DNA from: an uncultured Prevotellamassilia sp.
GTDB taxonomy: Bacteria > Bacteroidota > Bacteroidia > Bacteroidales > Bacteroidaceae
NCBI GenBank assembly: GCA_934255485.1
Contig: CAKQOG010000011.1
Span: forward strand, 5,072 to 69,071
Length of the DNA: 64,000 bases
Reading direction: 5' to 3'
The notes under the pieces are model-generated. The model had not been told where the DNA came from and did not search any database. It worked only from the letters and a program-made list of their open reading frames with translations. Within the stretch, counting starts at the first letter, position 1. Each line of letters starts with the position of its first letter. Both the position numbers and the translations under genes were made by a program. This document shows, piece by piece, positions 29,681 to 40,330 of this stretch.

Positions 29681-31858
29681 TCAATATTGCATGGAGAAGG
29701 TTATGCCTCTGCGCATCATGTCCTTGAGTACAGGCGATAAGCGACCTACAAAGTCGTCCCACGAGCGTTTGTCACCTGGTGTCCAACCCACTTCGGCCAA
29801 TGCTATGGCACGTGGATAGGCTTGATAGTATATGCGTTCGGGAGTATTGATACATTCGCTCCATAGGGTGCCTGCCACACCAAAGAGGTTGTTCTTTTCA
29901 AACTCTTTGCCCATACCCCATGAGGGGTCGAGCTCGTAAGATTTCTTAAGCGGAATAATGGGCATACCCCAATTCACTTCGGGCATATCGCCCTTTGCCA
30001 TCGGGTAGTCTAAATAGCAATGTTCACCTGGACAAAGCATTATTTTGGCATTGTTTTCAACCGCAGCTTGTAAGGCTCTTTTGGTTAAGCCATGACGCCA
30101 CGAAAAGGTTACACACCCTGGTTGAATTTTCTTAAAGTCTGTTTCGTACCAAAACATAGGGGTCTTATCATATTTGGTACGCAACGTGTCTATCATGCGG
30201 TTAAACATATACTCTTGTAGACGCCAATTCTCAGAGCGGTCGGTTGTTGTTATGCCCAATTTCTTTTTCAATGCTTGGCAATTAGGGCAATTGGTCCAAC
30301 AATTGAGTGCAGGATTGCCTGCTTCGTCGCCTCCTAAGTGGATATAGGGTGAGGGAAATATGTCGGCAAGTTCCTTAAACACATTGCCTAAGAAAGTATA
30401 GGTAAACTCGCTTCCTGGGCAAAGCAACTCGTTAGACACACCGCAAGTGGTGCGTATGGGCACTTGTTTGGCACCACACGTGAGTTGCGGAAATACGTGG
30501 ATAGCAGCTACTTCGTGTCCTGGCATTTCAATCTCTGGTACCACCTGTATGTGGTACTTAGCTGCATAGGCTACAAACTCTCGCATCTGTGCTTGGGTAT
30601 AGAAGCCAGAGATAGGCACTTGCATATCGTCCATGCCCACACGCGAAGAGGCTTTGGCTGTTAGTTCGGGATATTTCTTTATCTCAATACGCCATGCTTG
30701 GTCATCAGTGAGATGCAAGTGTATGGTGTTATACTTGTAGCGTGCCATCTCGGGCACAAATGCCTTTAAGTCTTCAAAGGGGATAAATGTGCGACATGGG
30801 TCGAGCATCAACTCGCGTATATGCGTACGGGGCTTATCTGTAATGCTGAGTTGTGGAATTTTTTCACAACACTTTGAAGTACCATCACCACGCAGCAGTT
30901 GGTCAAAAGTCATTAAACCGTAGAACACCGCCGCTGGGGTCTTACCCTTTATCTCCACAGTTTTATCAGACACACAGAGGGTATATGCTTCATCGTCGTC
31001 AAGCGAAGGGTCGATAGCCAAAGTGAGTGTTGCGGTTTCAACAAGTTTGGGAGTTTTGAGTTTAGGCAAACGCTCGTTGAGCACGCGCGTAGCTTGTTGT
31101 TTCTCATTAGCAAGTGCTTCAGTTGCCACAATCTTCCATTTCTTGTTTACCGACAAAGCTGGTAACGAGGTTTCTACTTGCAAAGATGCAGGAAGCGGAA
31201 CAAGTACCTTTTGTGGATTGCAAAGCTTGTTTTCGTTTGTAGGTTTACTGAAAAAAACGCTCCATCCCTCAGCTTTGCGATATTTCCACTCGCTTCCTTT
31301 AGGCACAATGAGCTTTACTTTCTTGCGGTCTATACCGTCGAAGGTAGAGGCACAAGCCACAGGTGGGGTGGCAGAAGTTACACGTAGTGTGCGCAATCCG
31401 GCTAAGCGTGCAAAGGCAAATTCGCCCAATGAGGGCGTGCCGTCAATAGTTATTGACTTTAAGTGCTCGCACGACGAGAAAGCTGCATCGCCCACACGCG
31501 TTAATGACTTAGGCAAGTTTACCTGCGTGAGTGCTTTGCAAGCAAAGAATGCTTGCGAACCAATGGTGCGCAAGTTCTCAGGAAGTAACACTTTCTCTAA
31601 CACTTTGCGCGAGTGGAAAGCATTATTAGGTATAGCCTCGCAGTCGGCCCCACTCAAATCAATAGTGCGTAGTTGATAGCATAGGTCGCGCATCTGTCTA
31701 AAGTCTGAATTACCCGTAGTAGATAATTTGCCCGTAAGCTTTAGGCATATAGCATCAGCCTTTTCTTGGGGCTTTAAATCGCTCATTCTGCTCACCGTTT
31801 GTGCCTGCAACATTTGCGCTCCCATGGCAATACAAAGCGACAAAAGTATATGTTTCAT
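29681..31858 (-). CDS. Beta-N-acetylhexosaminidase (GH20) with N-terminal BspA-type leucine-rich-repeat domain
   Basis: Signal peptide; N-terminal repeated L..L..I...AF..C..L LRR units; C-terminal GH20 catalytic region (HLGGDE catalytic motif); 725 aa. Confidence 0.75.
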   Translation of the reverse strand: MKHILLSLCIAMGAQMLQAQTVSRMSDLKPQEKADAICLKLTGKLSTTGNSDFRQMRDLCYQLRTIDLSGADCEAIPNNAFHSRKVLEKVLLPENLRTIGSQAFFACKALTQVNLPKSLTRVGDAAFSSCEHLKSITIDGTPSLGEFAFARLAGLRTLRVTSATPPVACASTFDGIDRKKVKLIVPKGSEWKYRKAEGWSVFFSKPTNENKLCNPQKVLVPLPASLQVETSLPALSVNKKWKIVATEALANEKQQATRVLNERLPKLKTPKLVETATLTLAIDPSLDDDEAYTLCVSDKTVEIKGKTPAAVFYGLMTFDQLLRGDGTSKCCEKIPQLSITDKPRTHIRELMLDPCRTFIPFEDLKAFVPEMARYKYNTIHLHLTDDQAWRIEIKKYPELTAKASSRVGMDDMQVPISGFYTQAQMREFVAYAAKYHIQVVPEIEMPGHEVAAIHVFPQLTCGAKQVPIRTTCGVSNELLCPGSEFTYTFLGNVFKELADIFPSPYIHLGGDEAGNPALNCWTNCPNCQALKKKLGITTTDRSENWRLQEYMFNRMIDTLRTKYDKTPMFWYETDFKKIQPGCVTFSWRHGLTKRALQAAVENNAKIMLCPGEHCYLDYPMAKGDMPEVNWGMPIIPLKKSYELDPSWGMGKEFEKNNLFGVAGTLWSECINTPERIYYQAYPRAIALAEVGWTPGDKRSWDDFVGRLSPVLKDMMRRGITFSMQY

Positions 31859-31917
31859 TTTATTTTCAGAAATAGTCTTAAAAGGTTGTTATTCTCTTAT
31901 CGGCAACTATATAGTTC

Positions 31918-32331
31918 TCAGAACTTTACGCTACGACTGCCGTCCTCATTCTCTTCGATAGTCACCTTTACGGCATCGCCAGGCAAGAGTTCTTCAATTA
32001 GTTCGGGCCACTCAATAAGGCACACTGCCCCCGAATAAAAGTAGTCTTCGTACCCCATGTCATACACCTCTTCAAGTTTCTTTATACGATAAAAATCAAA
32101 GTGGTATATTAGTTCGCCCGTAGTGTCTGAACGGTATTCGTTTACAATGCTAAAGGTGGGAGAATTTACTACCTCGGTCACGCCCAAAGCCTCACATATG
32201 GCTTTGATAAACGTTGTTTTTCCTGCTCCCATTTTTCCATAAAAGGCAAATACCGTGTTCTGGTCCATTGCCTCAATAAAGGTTTTTGCTGCAGCATCAA
32301 TGTCTGCAAGCGAGTTTATTTTTATTTCCAT
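31918..32331 (-). CDS. tsaE: tRNA threonylcarbamoyladenosine biosynthesis ATPase TsaE
   Basis: [12 protein letters not shown] Walker A; 137 aa. Confidence 0.85.
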   Translation of the reverse strand: MEIKINSLADIDAAAKTFIEAMDQNTVFAFYGKMGAGKTTFIKAICEALGVTEVVNSPTFSIVNEYRSDTTGELIYHFDFYRIKKLEEVYDMGYEDYFYSGAVCLIEWPELIEELLPGDAVKVTIEENEDGSRSVKF

Positions 32332-32353
32332 ATAGCGTTATCTAATGTTTGTT

Positions 32354-32953
32354 TTAATCTTTAATATCCAACAAATGCAACAGACTATTTACGCATTCTT
32401 CCACACTCAAGCGCGAAGTGTCTAAACTCAAAGCTGGATGCTGAGGAGCTTCAAAGGGGGCAGAAATGCCTGTAAAGTTCTTAACCTCGCCCTTACGAGC
32501 ACGGGCATAAAGTCCTTTTACATCGCGTCGTTCGCACTCTTCGATAGGGGTTGAAATGTATATCTCTTTAAAATCGGCTTGTCCGATAATGCGCTCTGCT
32601 ATATTGCGCAACTCCTCCGTAGGACTTACAAATGCGGCAATCGTAATGATACCTGTATCAACAAAGAGCTTTGCCACCTCTGCCACACGGCGGATGTTCT
32701 CGCAACGATCTTCGGCAGAAAAGCCTAAGTTAGCATTGATGCCTGTTCGGATATTATCTCCATCGAGTATGCGACAAAGCAAACCACGCTTGTGCAATTC
32801 GCGTTCTAAGGCAATGGCTATGGTACTCTTGCCACTTCCACTCAAGCCCGTAAACCATAGCATGGTGCCACGCTGTCCGAGCAACTGTTCTTTGTCTTTA
32901 CGCGACAGCATTTTGTCGAAAATTGGATATATATTGTTTTCTGAATTATTCAT
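32354..32953 (-). CDS. cysC: Adenylyl-sulfate (APS) kinase
   Basis: WFTGLSGSGKSTIA P-loop; 199 aa. Confidence 0.85.
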   Translation of the reverse strand: MNNSENNIYPIFDKMLSRKDKEQLLGQRGTMLWFTGLSGSGKSTIAIALERELHKRGLLCRILDGDNIRTGINANLGFSAEDRCENIRRVAEVAKLFVDTGIITIAAFVSPTEELRNIAERIIGQADFKEIYISTPIEECERRDVKGLYARARKGEVKNFTGISAPFEAPQHPALSLDTSRLSVEECVNSLLHLLDIKD

Positions 32954-33034
32954 AATGCAAAGCTAAGCATTTTTATTATTTTCTGCCATTTAGTAGCATT
33001 TTATTTAAGGATAATGCGATGTATTTGGGAGAAG

Positions 33035-33988
33035 TTATCTCCACCTAATTTTCTTAATCATTAAACGACCTTTTTTTACTACCATTGTGTTGCTCAATAC
33101 TCCACGCATCTTTGCGTCAAGTATGATAAACATTACGGCTATCAATATAAACACTATGCCTACACTGATGCGCAGCGTTATACTCTCGCCTAATAGTAAC
33201 ATGCCTAACACAATAGAGGTTACTGGCTCTAAAGCTCCCATCACGGCTGTTGAAGTAGAACCAATGCACTTTATAGCCATGGCCATAAACACTAAGGATA
33301 TGACTGTTGGCACTAATCCCAAGGTTATGGCGCAAGTCCATTGTTCTGTTCCGTGCAATAGTTGCAATTCGCCTGTTGGTGTGAGTAAGGCATAAGCCAC
33401 AATGCAAACCCAGCAAACTGCCATTGCATAGAATGTTAGTTTTACGCTCGACATTACTATGCCACTCTTGTTGATGATGATAATATAAAGCGCATAAGCC
33501 AAAGCCGAAAGCAGTATAAGCACAATGCCTGGGGTAGCAATAGGACGGCCCGAATCGTCTTTATAAAGCAACAATATACCTATAATGGTAAGCGCAATGG
33601 CAGAGATTGAAGGCCACTTAAGCCGCTCCTTAAAGAAGATGGCCATCAGCACTGCCACAAAAACAGGGTATGCAAATACGAGCGTTGCAGCTACACCTGC
33701 GCTCATATAGTGAAAGCTTAAGAAATAGGTTAATGACGATATGGAAAACACACACCCAAGGAGCGTAAGCACATAAGTTTCCTTGCGCGTTAGCGAAAAA
33801 CTGCGTCTGCCTAAAAGCATAAACAAGGCTAAGAGCAATGTGCCTATCATAAATCTGTAGCACAATACGGAGTTGCAATTTATGCCATCTTTATAGAGCA
33901 ACTTTGCGCAAAGTGGATTTACGCCATAGCTAATAGCTGCTATGCATCCATATATGCAGCCTTTTATTTGATTGCTTACCTTCATCAT
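33035..33988 (-). CDS. DMT-superfamily (EamA-like) transporter
   Basis: 10 TM helices in two EamA-like halves. Confidence 0.65.
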   Translation of the reverse strand: MMKVSNQIKGCIYGCIAAISYGVNPLCAKLLYKDGINCNSVLCYRFMIGTLLLALFMLLGRRSFSLTRKETYVLTLLGCVFSISSLTYFLSFHYMSAGVAATLVFAYPVFVAVLMAIFFKERLKWPSISAIALTIIGILLLYKDDSGRPIATPGIVLILLSALAYALYIIIINKSGIVMSSVKLTFYAMAVCWVCIVAYALLTPTGELQLLHGTEQWTCAITLGLVPTVISLVFMAMAIKCIGSTSTAVMGALEPVTSIVLGMLLLGESITLRISVGIVFILIAVMFIILDAKMRGVLSNTMVVKKGRLMIKKIRWR

Positions 33989-34444
33989 TCTGCCATTACT
34001 ATTTGTTTTACCTTACAAAGATAATTTAATAATTAGCAATACAGACAATACAGGATAATTAAATCAAGTTATCACATTTTATTTAGCTGTGTTATCCCTA
34101 AATGATTGTCTATACTTTAGCCTTATTAGGCAATTCAACTGCAATTAACTAAAAGCAACAGAAAACAGATACTACACACACAATTAACTATTGATTATCA
34201 ATGTATTCACAAATTTACATGTACAAGAATATACCATTTTGTGTATTCTATGTATATAGATTTTACAACAGATATACTGCCTTATACACGCTTTATAAAT
34301 AAAAAAACAAAAACAGAATGGGCGCTTGATTATCGCACATGTTTCATCGCTTTTCTGCAAAATGACATGCTATCGTTATCTACTCAAACTACACTACTTG
34401 TCTTTAAAGAATACGAATAACGTTGATTAAAAACACGCTTTAAG

Positions 34445-34560
34445 TTTGCTCACTCCGACCGCAATGAATGCTCATTCCGACCGCAATGAGTGTTCACTCC
34501 GACCGCAATGAGTGCTCACTTCGACCGCAATGAGTGCTCACTCCGACCGCAATGAGCAAA
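34445..34560. repeat. Five tandem copies of a 22-bp unit (CCGACCGCAATGAGTGCTCACT consensus), flanked by the short inverted repeat TTTGCTCA / TGAGCAAA
   Basis: CCGACC recurs at 34455, 34477, 34499, 34521(TCGACC) and 34543, an exact 22-bp period. It lies within an ORF-free 1.1-kb AT-rich spacer. Confidence 0.9.
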
Positions 34561-35000
34561 CTATAGAGCGTATGCTTACATAACTTATGTACACTTTATT
34601 GTAGAACTTCCCTATAATTATTACGCTACATAACAAGATTTGTAGCGTATGGCATAAAAGTGAGAAACATATTATAAGAGTTATTATTATCCGCTAAAAC
34701 ATTCAAACTCTATTTGACTTTTCGTATCAACTGACAGCAAGTATAATGGATGTGAAGAGACTCTTATTGTAGATAAGGTTCTTTAGAACTGCTATAAACG
34801 ATAGATTAAGATGACATTTATTCCAATGAATAACACCACGGAAAGAGAACATTTTTATCAAACAGTCAATACTAAATAAGTGTACAAACTTACTTATCAT
34901 TTAAACAGGGGCTTGCCAATGCATAAATCAGATAGATAAACTATGTACTTTTAGCGGATAGTAATATATAAGAATGCTTCCTTAGAGGATATAAGCACAT

Positions 35001-35046
35001 AAAAAAGCGCATTCTGAATGCCTTTTACAGCTATCAAAATGCGCTT
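35001..35046 (-). terminator. Rho-independent terminator of nifJ (minus strand)
   Basis: On the minus strand, AAGCGCATT...AATGCGCTT stem followed by TTTTTT (plus-strand A-run at 35001-35006), ~40 bp past the nifJ stop. Confidence 0.55.
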
Positions 35047-35081
35047 GTTAGTTATTTAAATCTCAGAAAAGAGATTTGCTA

Positions 35082-38000
35082 TTAGATTTGTTCTGACCAA
35101 TCTTCTTTAGTCTTGCGAACATAAGAAGCATAACGGCGTTGTGCAGCACGCTTAGTCTCATCGTAGAGCTCTTGTGCTTGCTCAGGAAGTGCTTTCTTAA
35201 GTGAAAGGAAGCGAACTTCGTGGTCGAGGTAGTCTTGGAACTTATCCCAATCTGGTTCCTTAGAGTCGAGAGTGAATGGGTTCTTACCTTGCTCAGCCAA
35301 CGCTGGGTTGTAACGCCACAAGTGCCAGTAACCACATGCTACTGCACGTCCTTCTTCGGCTTGGCTACGACCCATACCGCCCTTAATCTTCAAACCATGG
35401 TTGATACATGGAGCGTATGCAATGATGAGTGAAGGTCCGTGGTATGCTTCGGCTTCCTTAATTGCCTTTAAGCATTGTGCTTGGTCTGCACCCATTGCAA
35501 CTTGAGCTACATAGATGTAACCATAAGTAGTTTGCATCAAACCAAGATCCTTCTTAGTGACACGCTTACCTGCTGCAGCAAATTGTGCAATAGCACCTAC
35601 TGGAGTAGACTTTGAAGCCTGACCACCGGTGTTAGAATAAACCTCTGTATCGAGCACGAGGATGTTTACATCTTCGCCACTTGCAAGTACGTGATCAAGA
35701 CCGCCGTAACCTATATCGTAAGAGGCACCATCACCACCAATAATCCATTGGCTACGCTTAGTGAGGAAGTGGCTCAACTCTGCTAATTGCTTGCATGTTG
35801 CGCAACCCTTCTCAGCACCTGCCTTAATCATAGGCTCAAGCTTCAAGGCTGCTGCGCGACTTGCTTCAGCATCGTTTTGACCTTCGATCCACTCTTGTGC
35901 AGCTGCTTTGTATTCTGCAGGAGCCTCATCGGTAGCGATAACCTCTTGCAACAATGATTGGATGCGTGCACGCATCTTCTTGTTGGCAAGGATCATACCC
36001 ATACCAAACTCACAGAAGTCTTCGAACAAAGAGTTTGCCCATGCAGGACCTTGACCCTTTTCGTTTGTTGTGTAAGGAGTTGATGGAATTGAACCTGAGT
36101 AGATTGAAGAGCAACCCGTTGCATTTGCAATCATCTGACGATCACCAAAGAGTTGGCTAACGAGCTTAACGTATGGAGTTTCGCCACAACCAGAGCATGC
36201 ACCAGAGAACTCGAAGAGTGGAGTTGCAAACTGAGAGTTCTTTGGATTGAGCTTGATGTCTACCAAATGTTGCTTGCTTGTTACGTGCTTAGTGCAGTAA
36301 TCCCAATTGCTTGCTTCGGCTTCTTGGCCTTCGAGTGGAACCATCTCGAGTGCTTTGTTACCCTTCAAACCAGGACATACATCAACACAGTTACCGCAAC
36401 CAAGGCAGTCCATAACGTCGACTTGCTGAACGAAGTGCATACCCTTCATTGCTGCAGGAGCCTTCATTTCAATAGTTTCACCCTTAAAGTCTTTCAACTC
36501 TTCGTCTGTGAGAACGAATGGACGAATTGCAGCGTGAGGACATACAAAGTCGCACTTGTTACATTGTATACAGTTTTCTTTGTGCCATACAGGAACGAAA
36601 GCTGCAACACCACGCTTTTCGTAAGCTGCAGTGCCTTGATGCCAAGTACCATCTTCTGAAACCTTGTATGCACTTACAGGAAGGAGGTCGCCGTTTTGTG
36701 CGTTAATAGGACGAACAAGGTCTGAAATGTAAGCAGGTTCGTCGCGCTCAACCTTAGCGTCTTCGGGGAGAGTAGCCCATGTTGGATCAACAGTAAGTTG
36801 CTTGTACTCACCACCACGATCAACAGCTTGGTAGTTTTTGTCTACGATATCTTGTCCCTTCTTGCTGTATGACTTAACGATGAACTTCTTCATTTGTTCA
36901 ACAGCGAGGTCTACAGGGATTACACCTGTGATACGGAAGAATGCAGACTGAAGGATAGTGTTGGTACGGTTGCCAAGGCCAATTTCCTGCGCAATCTTAG
37001 TAGCGTTGATATAGTAAACAGTGATATTGTGCTCTGCAAAGTAACGTTTTGCATTGTTTGGCAAGTTCTTTACCAACTCATCGCCTTCCCAAATAGTGTT
37101 GAGGAGGAATGTACCATTGTCGCGCAATCCACGAAGTACATCATACATGTGAAGGTATGCTTGTACGTGGCATGCTACGAAGTTAGGAGTCTTAATTTGA
37201 TAAGTAGAACGGATGGGGTGATCACCAAAACGGAGGTGTGAACAAGTGAAACCACCCGACTTCTTAGAGTCATAAGAGAAGTATGCTTGGCAATACTTAT
37301 CTGTGTTGTCACCAATAATCTTGATTGAGTTCTTGTTAGCACCTACAGTACCATCTGCACCCAAACCATAGAACTTAGCCTCGAAGATGCCTTCGCCACC
37401 AAGTGCCATTTCTTTTTCAAGAGGAAGTGACTTGAATGTTACATCGTCTACGATACCAAGAGTGAAGTGATCTTTTGGTTCGGGAAGAGCCAAGTTATCG
37501 TAAACTGAGATAATCATAGTAGGAGTTGTGTCGCATGAACCCAAACCATAACGACCACCTACGATGAGTGGACGATTTTCTACATCGTAGAATGCATCCT
37601 TAACATCGAGGTAAAGAGGTTCGCCATTTGCGCCTGGTTCCTTAGTGCGATCGAGCACTGCAATCTTCTTGCAAGTCTTAGGCACTGCAGCCAAAAGGTG
37701 CTTAACTGAGAATGGACGATAGAGGTGAACGCTTACCATACCTACCTTTTCGCCCTTAGCGTTGAGGTAGTCGATTGCCTCACGAGCAGCCTCTGTAACA
37801 GAACCCATGCAGATAATTACGCGCTCTGCATCGTCGGCACCATAGTAGCTAAAGAGTTTGTATTCACGACCTGTAATCTTTGAAATCTCGGCCATGTATT
37901 TTTCTACTACAGCTGGTACTGACTCGTAGTAAGGGTTGCAAACTTCACGATGAGCGAAGAATGTTTCAGGGTTCTCGGCCATACCGCGAGCTACTGGATG

Positions 38001-38636
38001 CTCTGGAGTAAGTGCACGACTACGGAACTCTGCAACCTTATCCATTGGAACGAGAGGGCGGATGTCTTCTTGATCCATTACCTCGATCTTCTGATACTCG
38101 TGTGATGTGCGGAAGCCATCAAAGAAGTTGATGAATGGAACACGTGTTTCGAGCGTTGTGAGGTGAGCAACAGCCGAGAGGTCCATAACTTCTTGTACTG
38201 AGCCTTCGCACAACATAGCAAAGCCTGTTTGACGGCATGCCATTACGTCAGAGTGGTCGCCAAAGATACAAAGAGAGTGAGTGGCAAGTGTACGAGCAGA
38301 TACATGGAATACGCATGGGAGCAACTCACCAGCAATCTTGTACATATTAGGTATCATCAGGAGCAAGCCCTGTGATGCAGTGAAAGTAGTGGTTAATGCA
38401 CCTGCTTGGAGCGAGCCGTGAACTGCACCTGCTGCACCACCTTCGCTTTGCATTTCTTGAACCTTTACGGTGTCACCGAAAAGGTTGATACGACCTTGAG
38501 CAGACCATTCATCCACGTGCTCTGCCATTGGAGACGACGGAGTGATTGGGTAAATGGCAGCAACCTCAGAAAACATGTACGCAATGTGCGCAGCGGCTTG
38601 GTTACCGTCACAAGTAATGAATTTCTTGTTTGCCAT
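35082..38636 (-). CDS. nifJ: Pyruvate:ferredoxin (flavodoxin) oxidoreductase
   Basis: 1184 aa; two CxxCxxCxxxCP ferredoxin motifs; TPP-binding GDG motif; the start was set at MANKKFITCDGNQAAA. Confidence 0.95.
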   Translation of the reverse strand: MANKKFITCDGNQAAAHIAYMFSEVAAIYPITPSSPMAEHVDEWSAQGRINLFGDTVKVQEMQSEGGAAGAVHGSLQAGALTTTFTASQGLLLMIPNMYKIAGELLPCVFHVSARTLATHSLCIFGDHSDVMACRQTGFAMLCEGSVQEVMDLSAVAHLTTLETRVPFINFFDGFRTSHEYQKIEVMDQEDIRPLVPMDKVAEFRSRALTPEHPVARGMAENPETFFAHREVCNPYYESVPAVVEKYMAEISKITGREYKLFSYYGADDAERVIICMGSVTEAAREAIDYLNAKGEKVGMVSVHLYRPFSVKHLLAAVPKTCKKIAVLDRTKEPGANGEPLYLDVKDAFYDVENRPLIVGGRYGLGSCDTTPTMIISVYDNLALPEPKDHFTLGIVDDVTFKSLPLEKEMALGGEGIFEAKFYGLGADGTVGANKNSIKIIGDNTDKYCQAYFSYDSKKSGGFTCSHLRFGDHPIRSTYQIKTPNFVACHVQAYLHMYDVLRGLRDNGTFLLNTIWEGDELVKNLPNNAKRYFAEHNITVYYINATKIAQEIGLGNRTNTILQSAFFRITGVIPVDLAVEQMKKFIVKSYSKKGQDIVDKNYQAVDRGGEYKQLTVDPTWATLPEDAKVERDEPAYISDLVRPINAQNGDLLPVSAYKVSEDGTWHQGTAAYEKRGVAAFVPVWHKENCIQCNKCDFVCPHAAIRPFVLTDEELKDFKGETIEMKAPAAMKGMHFVQQVDVMDCLGCGNCVDVCPGLKGNKALEMVPLEGQEAEASNWDYCTKHVTSKQHLVDIKLNPKNSQFATPLFEFSGACSGCGETPYVKLVSQLFGDRQMIANATGCSSIYSGSIPSTPYTTNEKGQGPAWANSLFEDFCEFGMGMILANKKMRARIQSLLQEVIATDEAPAEYKAAAQEWIEGQNDAEASRAAALKLEPMIKAGAEKGCATCKQLAELSHFLTKRSQWIIGGDGASYDIGYGGLDHVLASGEDVNILVLDTEVYSNTGGQASKSTPVGAIAQFAAAGKRVTKKDLGLMQTTYGYIYVAQVAMGADQAQCLKAIKEAEAYHGPSLIIAYAPCINHGLKIKGGMGRSQAEEGRAVACGYWHLWRYNPALAEQGKNPFTLDSKEPDWDKFQDYLDHEVRFLSLKKALPEQAQELYDETKRAAQRRYASYVRKTKEDWSEQI

Positions 38637-38804
38637 AATTGTTGAATTGGAAGTGTTTGACCGAACATTTAATCTTGTTACGATATGCACCGACTATATG
38701 TTATGCCCTACACTGCCTTTATTTTTAAATAGTACTTTATTTGTTATGTTTCTGCTAAGAGATTTCTGTTTTAGGAAGATTGATATGGCTGTATTTCAGC
38801 AATA

Positions 38805-39989
38805 TCAATACAAGAACCCGAACAACCAAAGTGGTATTTCGTTTTCACGACCTACATCTGTATTATACTTCACATAAATGGTGTTGGCTACAGTGCGCAC
38901 TCTGCGCGATCTGTCGCACACGCAAATATTTGTTGTATTGTTTATACGGAACATACCCAATCGCTTGCCTTTATTAACGGTGTGATGACGCCATAGGCAA
39001 TTAACAAAATAGGTTTCCATGATGGTTTGCTCAGTCATGCAACTTTCGTAAAGTGCATTCATTAAGTTAGCATCGTGCAGATAGATAGCTGCTGGTTTTT
39101 TGGGGAATGTCTCACCCTCATGGTGTACCATATTGATAAGACGTGTTTCCTCAAGATACTTTAGATAGTTCATCACTGTTGCACGCGACGTGCCTATCTC
39201 TTGCGCCAATTTGCTTACGTTGGGAGCAGAAGGGTCGCCTATTGCCAACAGATAGAGCAATTTTTTTATTCTCGAAAGGTACTTGAGTTCAATCTGCTTG
39301 TTTAGCAACAAGTCTACCTCTATCATATTGTTCATGGCCTTGAGCAAAGCCTCTGTGAAATTGTGATTTTCGAGGAAGAATGGGTAATATCCGTGTTGCA
39401 GATAATCTTGAAAATAGTGCCATGGATGCACCTTGGGCAAGATTGTCTTTAATATCTGCTCATGATTAGAGAGAAGCTGGTCGAAAGTGTATGCGCCAAA
39501 ATTCTCGTTAGTTTCAAGATTGATGTACTCGCGAAATGAGAAGCCATGGAGAACATAAGTACGACTAATTGAAGACAATTCTGTACTATCTTCGCCATCG
39601 TCGGCATTAACCGAAGTTGTGGTGTAAACTATGCGCAAATAGGGATATTTGTGATAGCATTCGCATAGTTGCTCACGCCAATTGGGTAGTTTAAATGCTT
39701 GGTCTATAAGCAATACTTGTCCACCTTCGGCCATAAAGCGCCCAGCAAAATCAACGATGCCATGCGCTTGAAAATAGAAACTATTAAGGTTTATGTATAG
39801 GCACTGACGAAGCCGTACGTCAAAGTTTTCTTTGGCATACTGCAATAAGAAAGAAGTACGTCCCACGCCACGTGGACCTTTTATACCTATCATGCGGTAG
39901 CTCCAATCTATCGTATCCATTAAAGACCGACGAACGGGAGCATTGAAATGTTCCATTAGATAGGCGTGCGATTTAAAAAACGTCTCCAT
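38805..39989 (-). CDS. AAA-domain ATP-binding protein with C-terminal DUF4143-like region
   Basis: P-loop GIKGPRGVGRTSF; 394 aa; this is a widespread stand-alone Bacteroidota family. Confidence 0.55.
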   Translation of the reverse strand: METFFKSHAYLMEHFNAPVRRSLMDTIDWSYRMIGIKGPRGVGRTSFLLQYAKENFDVRLRQCLYINLNSFYFQAHGIVDFAGRFMAEGGQVLLIDQAFKLPNWREQLCECYHKYPYLRIVYTTTSVNADDGEDSTELSSISRTYVLHGFSFREYINLETNENFGAYTFDQLLSNHEQILKTILPKVHPWHYFQDYLQHGYYPFFLENHNFTEALLKAMNNMIEVDLLLNKQIELKYLSRIKKLLYLLAIGDPSAPNVSKLAQEIGTSRATVMNYLKYLEETRLINMVHHEGETFPKKPAAIYLHDANLMNALYESCMTEQTIMETYFVNCLWRHHTVNKGKRLGMFRINNTTNICVCDRSRRVRTVANTIYVKYNTDVGRENEIPLWLFGFLY

Positions 39990-40330
39990 TTGTAATCTGG
40001 TTTCTATAAATTCAAGGCAAAGTTACAAAGTTGTCGTGGAACTTGCAAAGCAAACATGACATTTTTTTAAAGCTTTTTATGATACGAAGCACTCGCTATT
40101 AATGGGTATTTTTTCTTTGTAAAAAAGGTTTTAAACTCGCATTTTAATATAGTTAATATTTTTTATTTATCTTCGCATAAAAATTACGACAAAAGCACAT
40201 CGTTAGCTTTATATAAAATATACTATGTTCAGCACCACATGACTATCAAACATGATACAATTATAAACGGATGTATTCGGGCACAGCACGTACATTCGTA
40301 TAACAACCCCTAATCACTAAAATAAATAAA

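Noticed and set aside
38805-39989. Stand-alone AAA/DUF4143 ATPase as part of a defence system
   Set aside because: This single-gene family is extremely widespread in Bacteroidota chromosomes. It has no partner nuclease or effector adjacent; its neighbours are nifJ and ddh.
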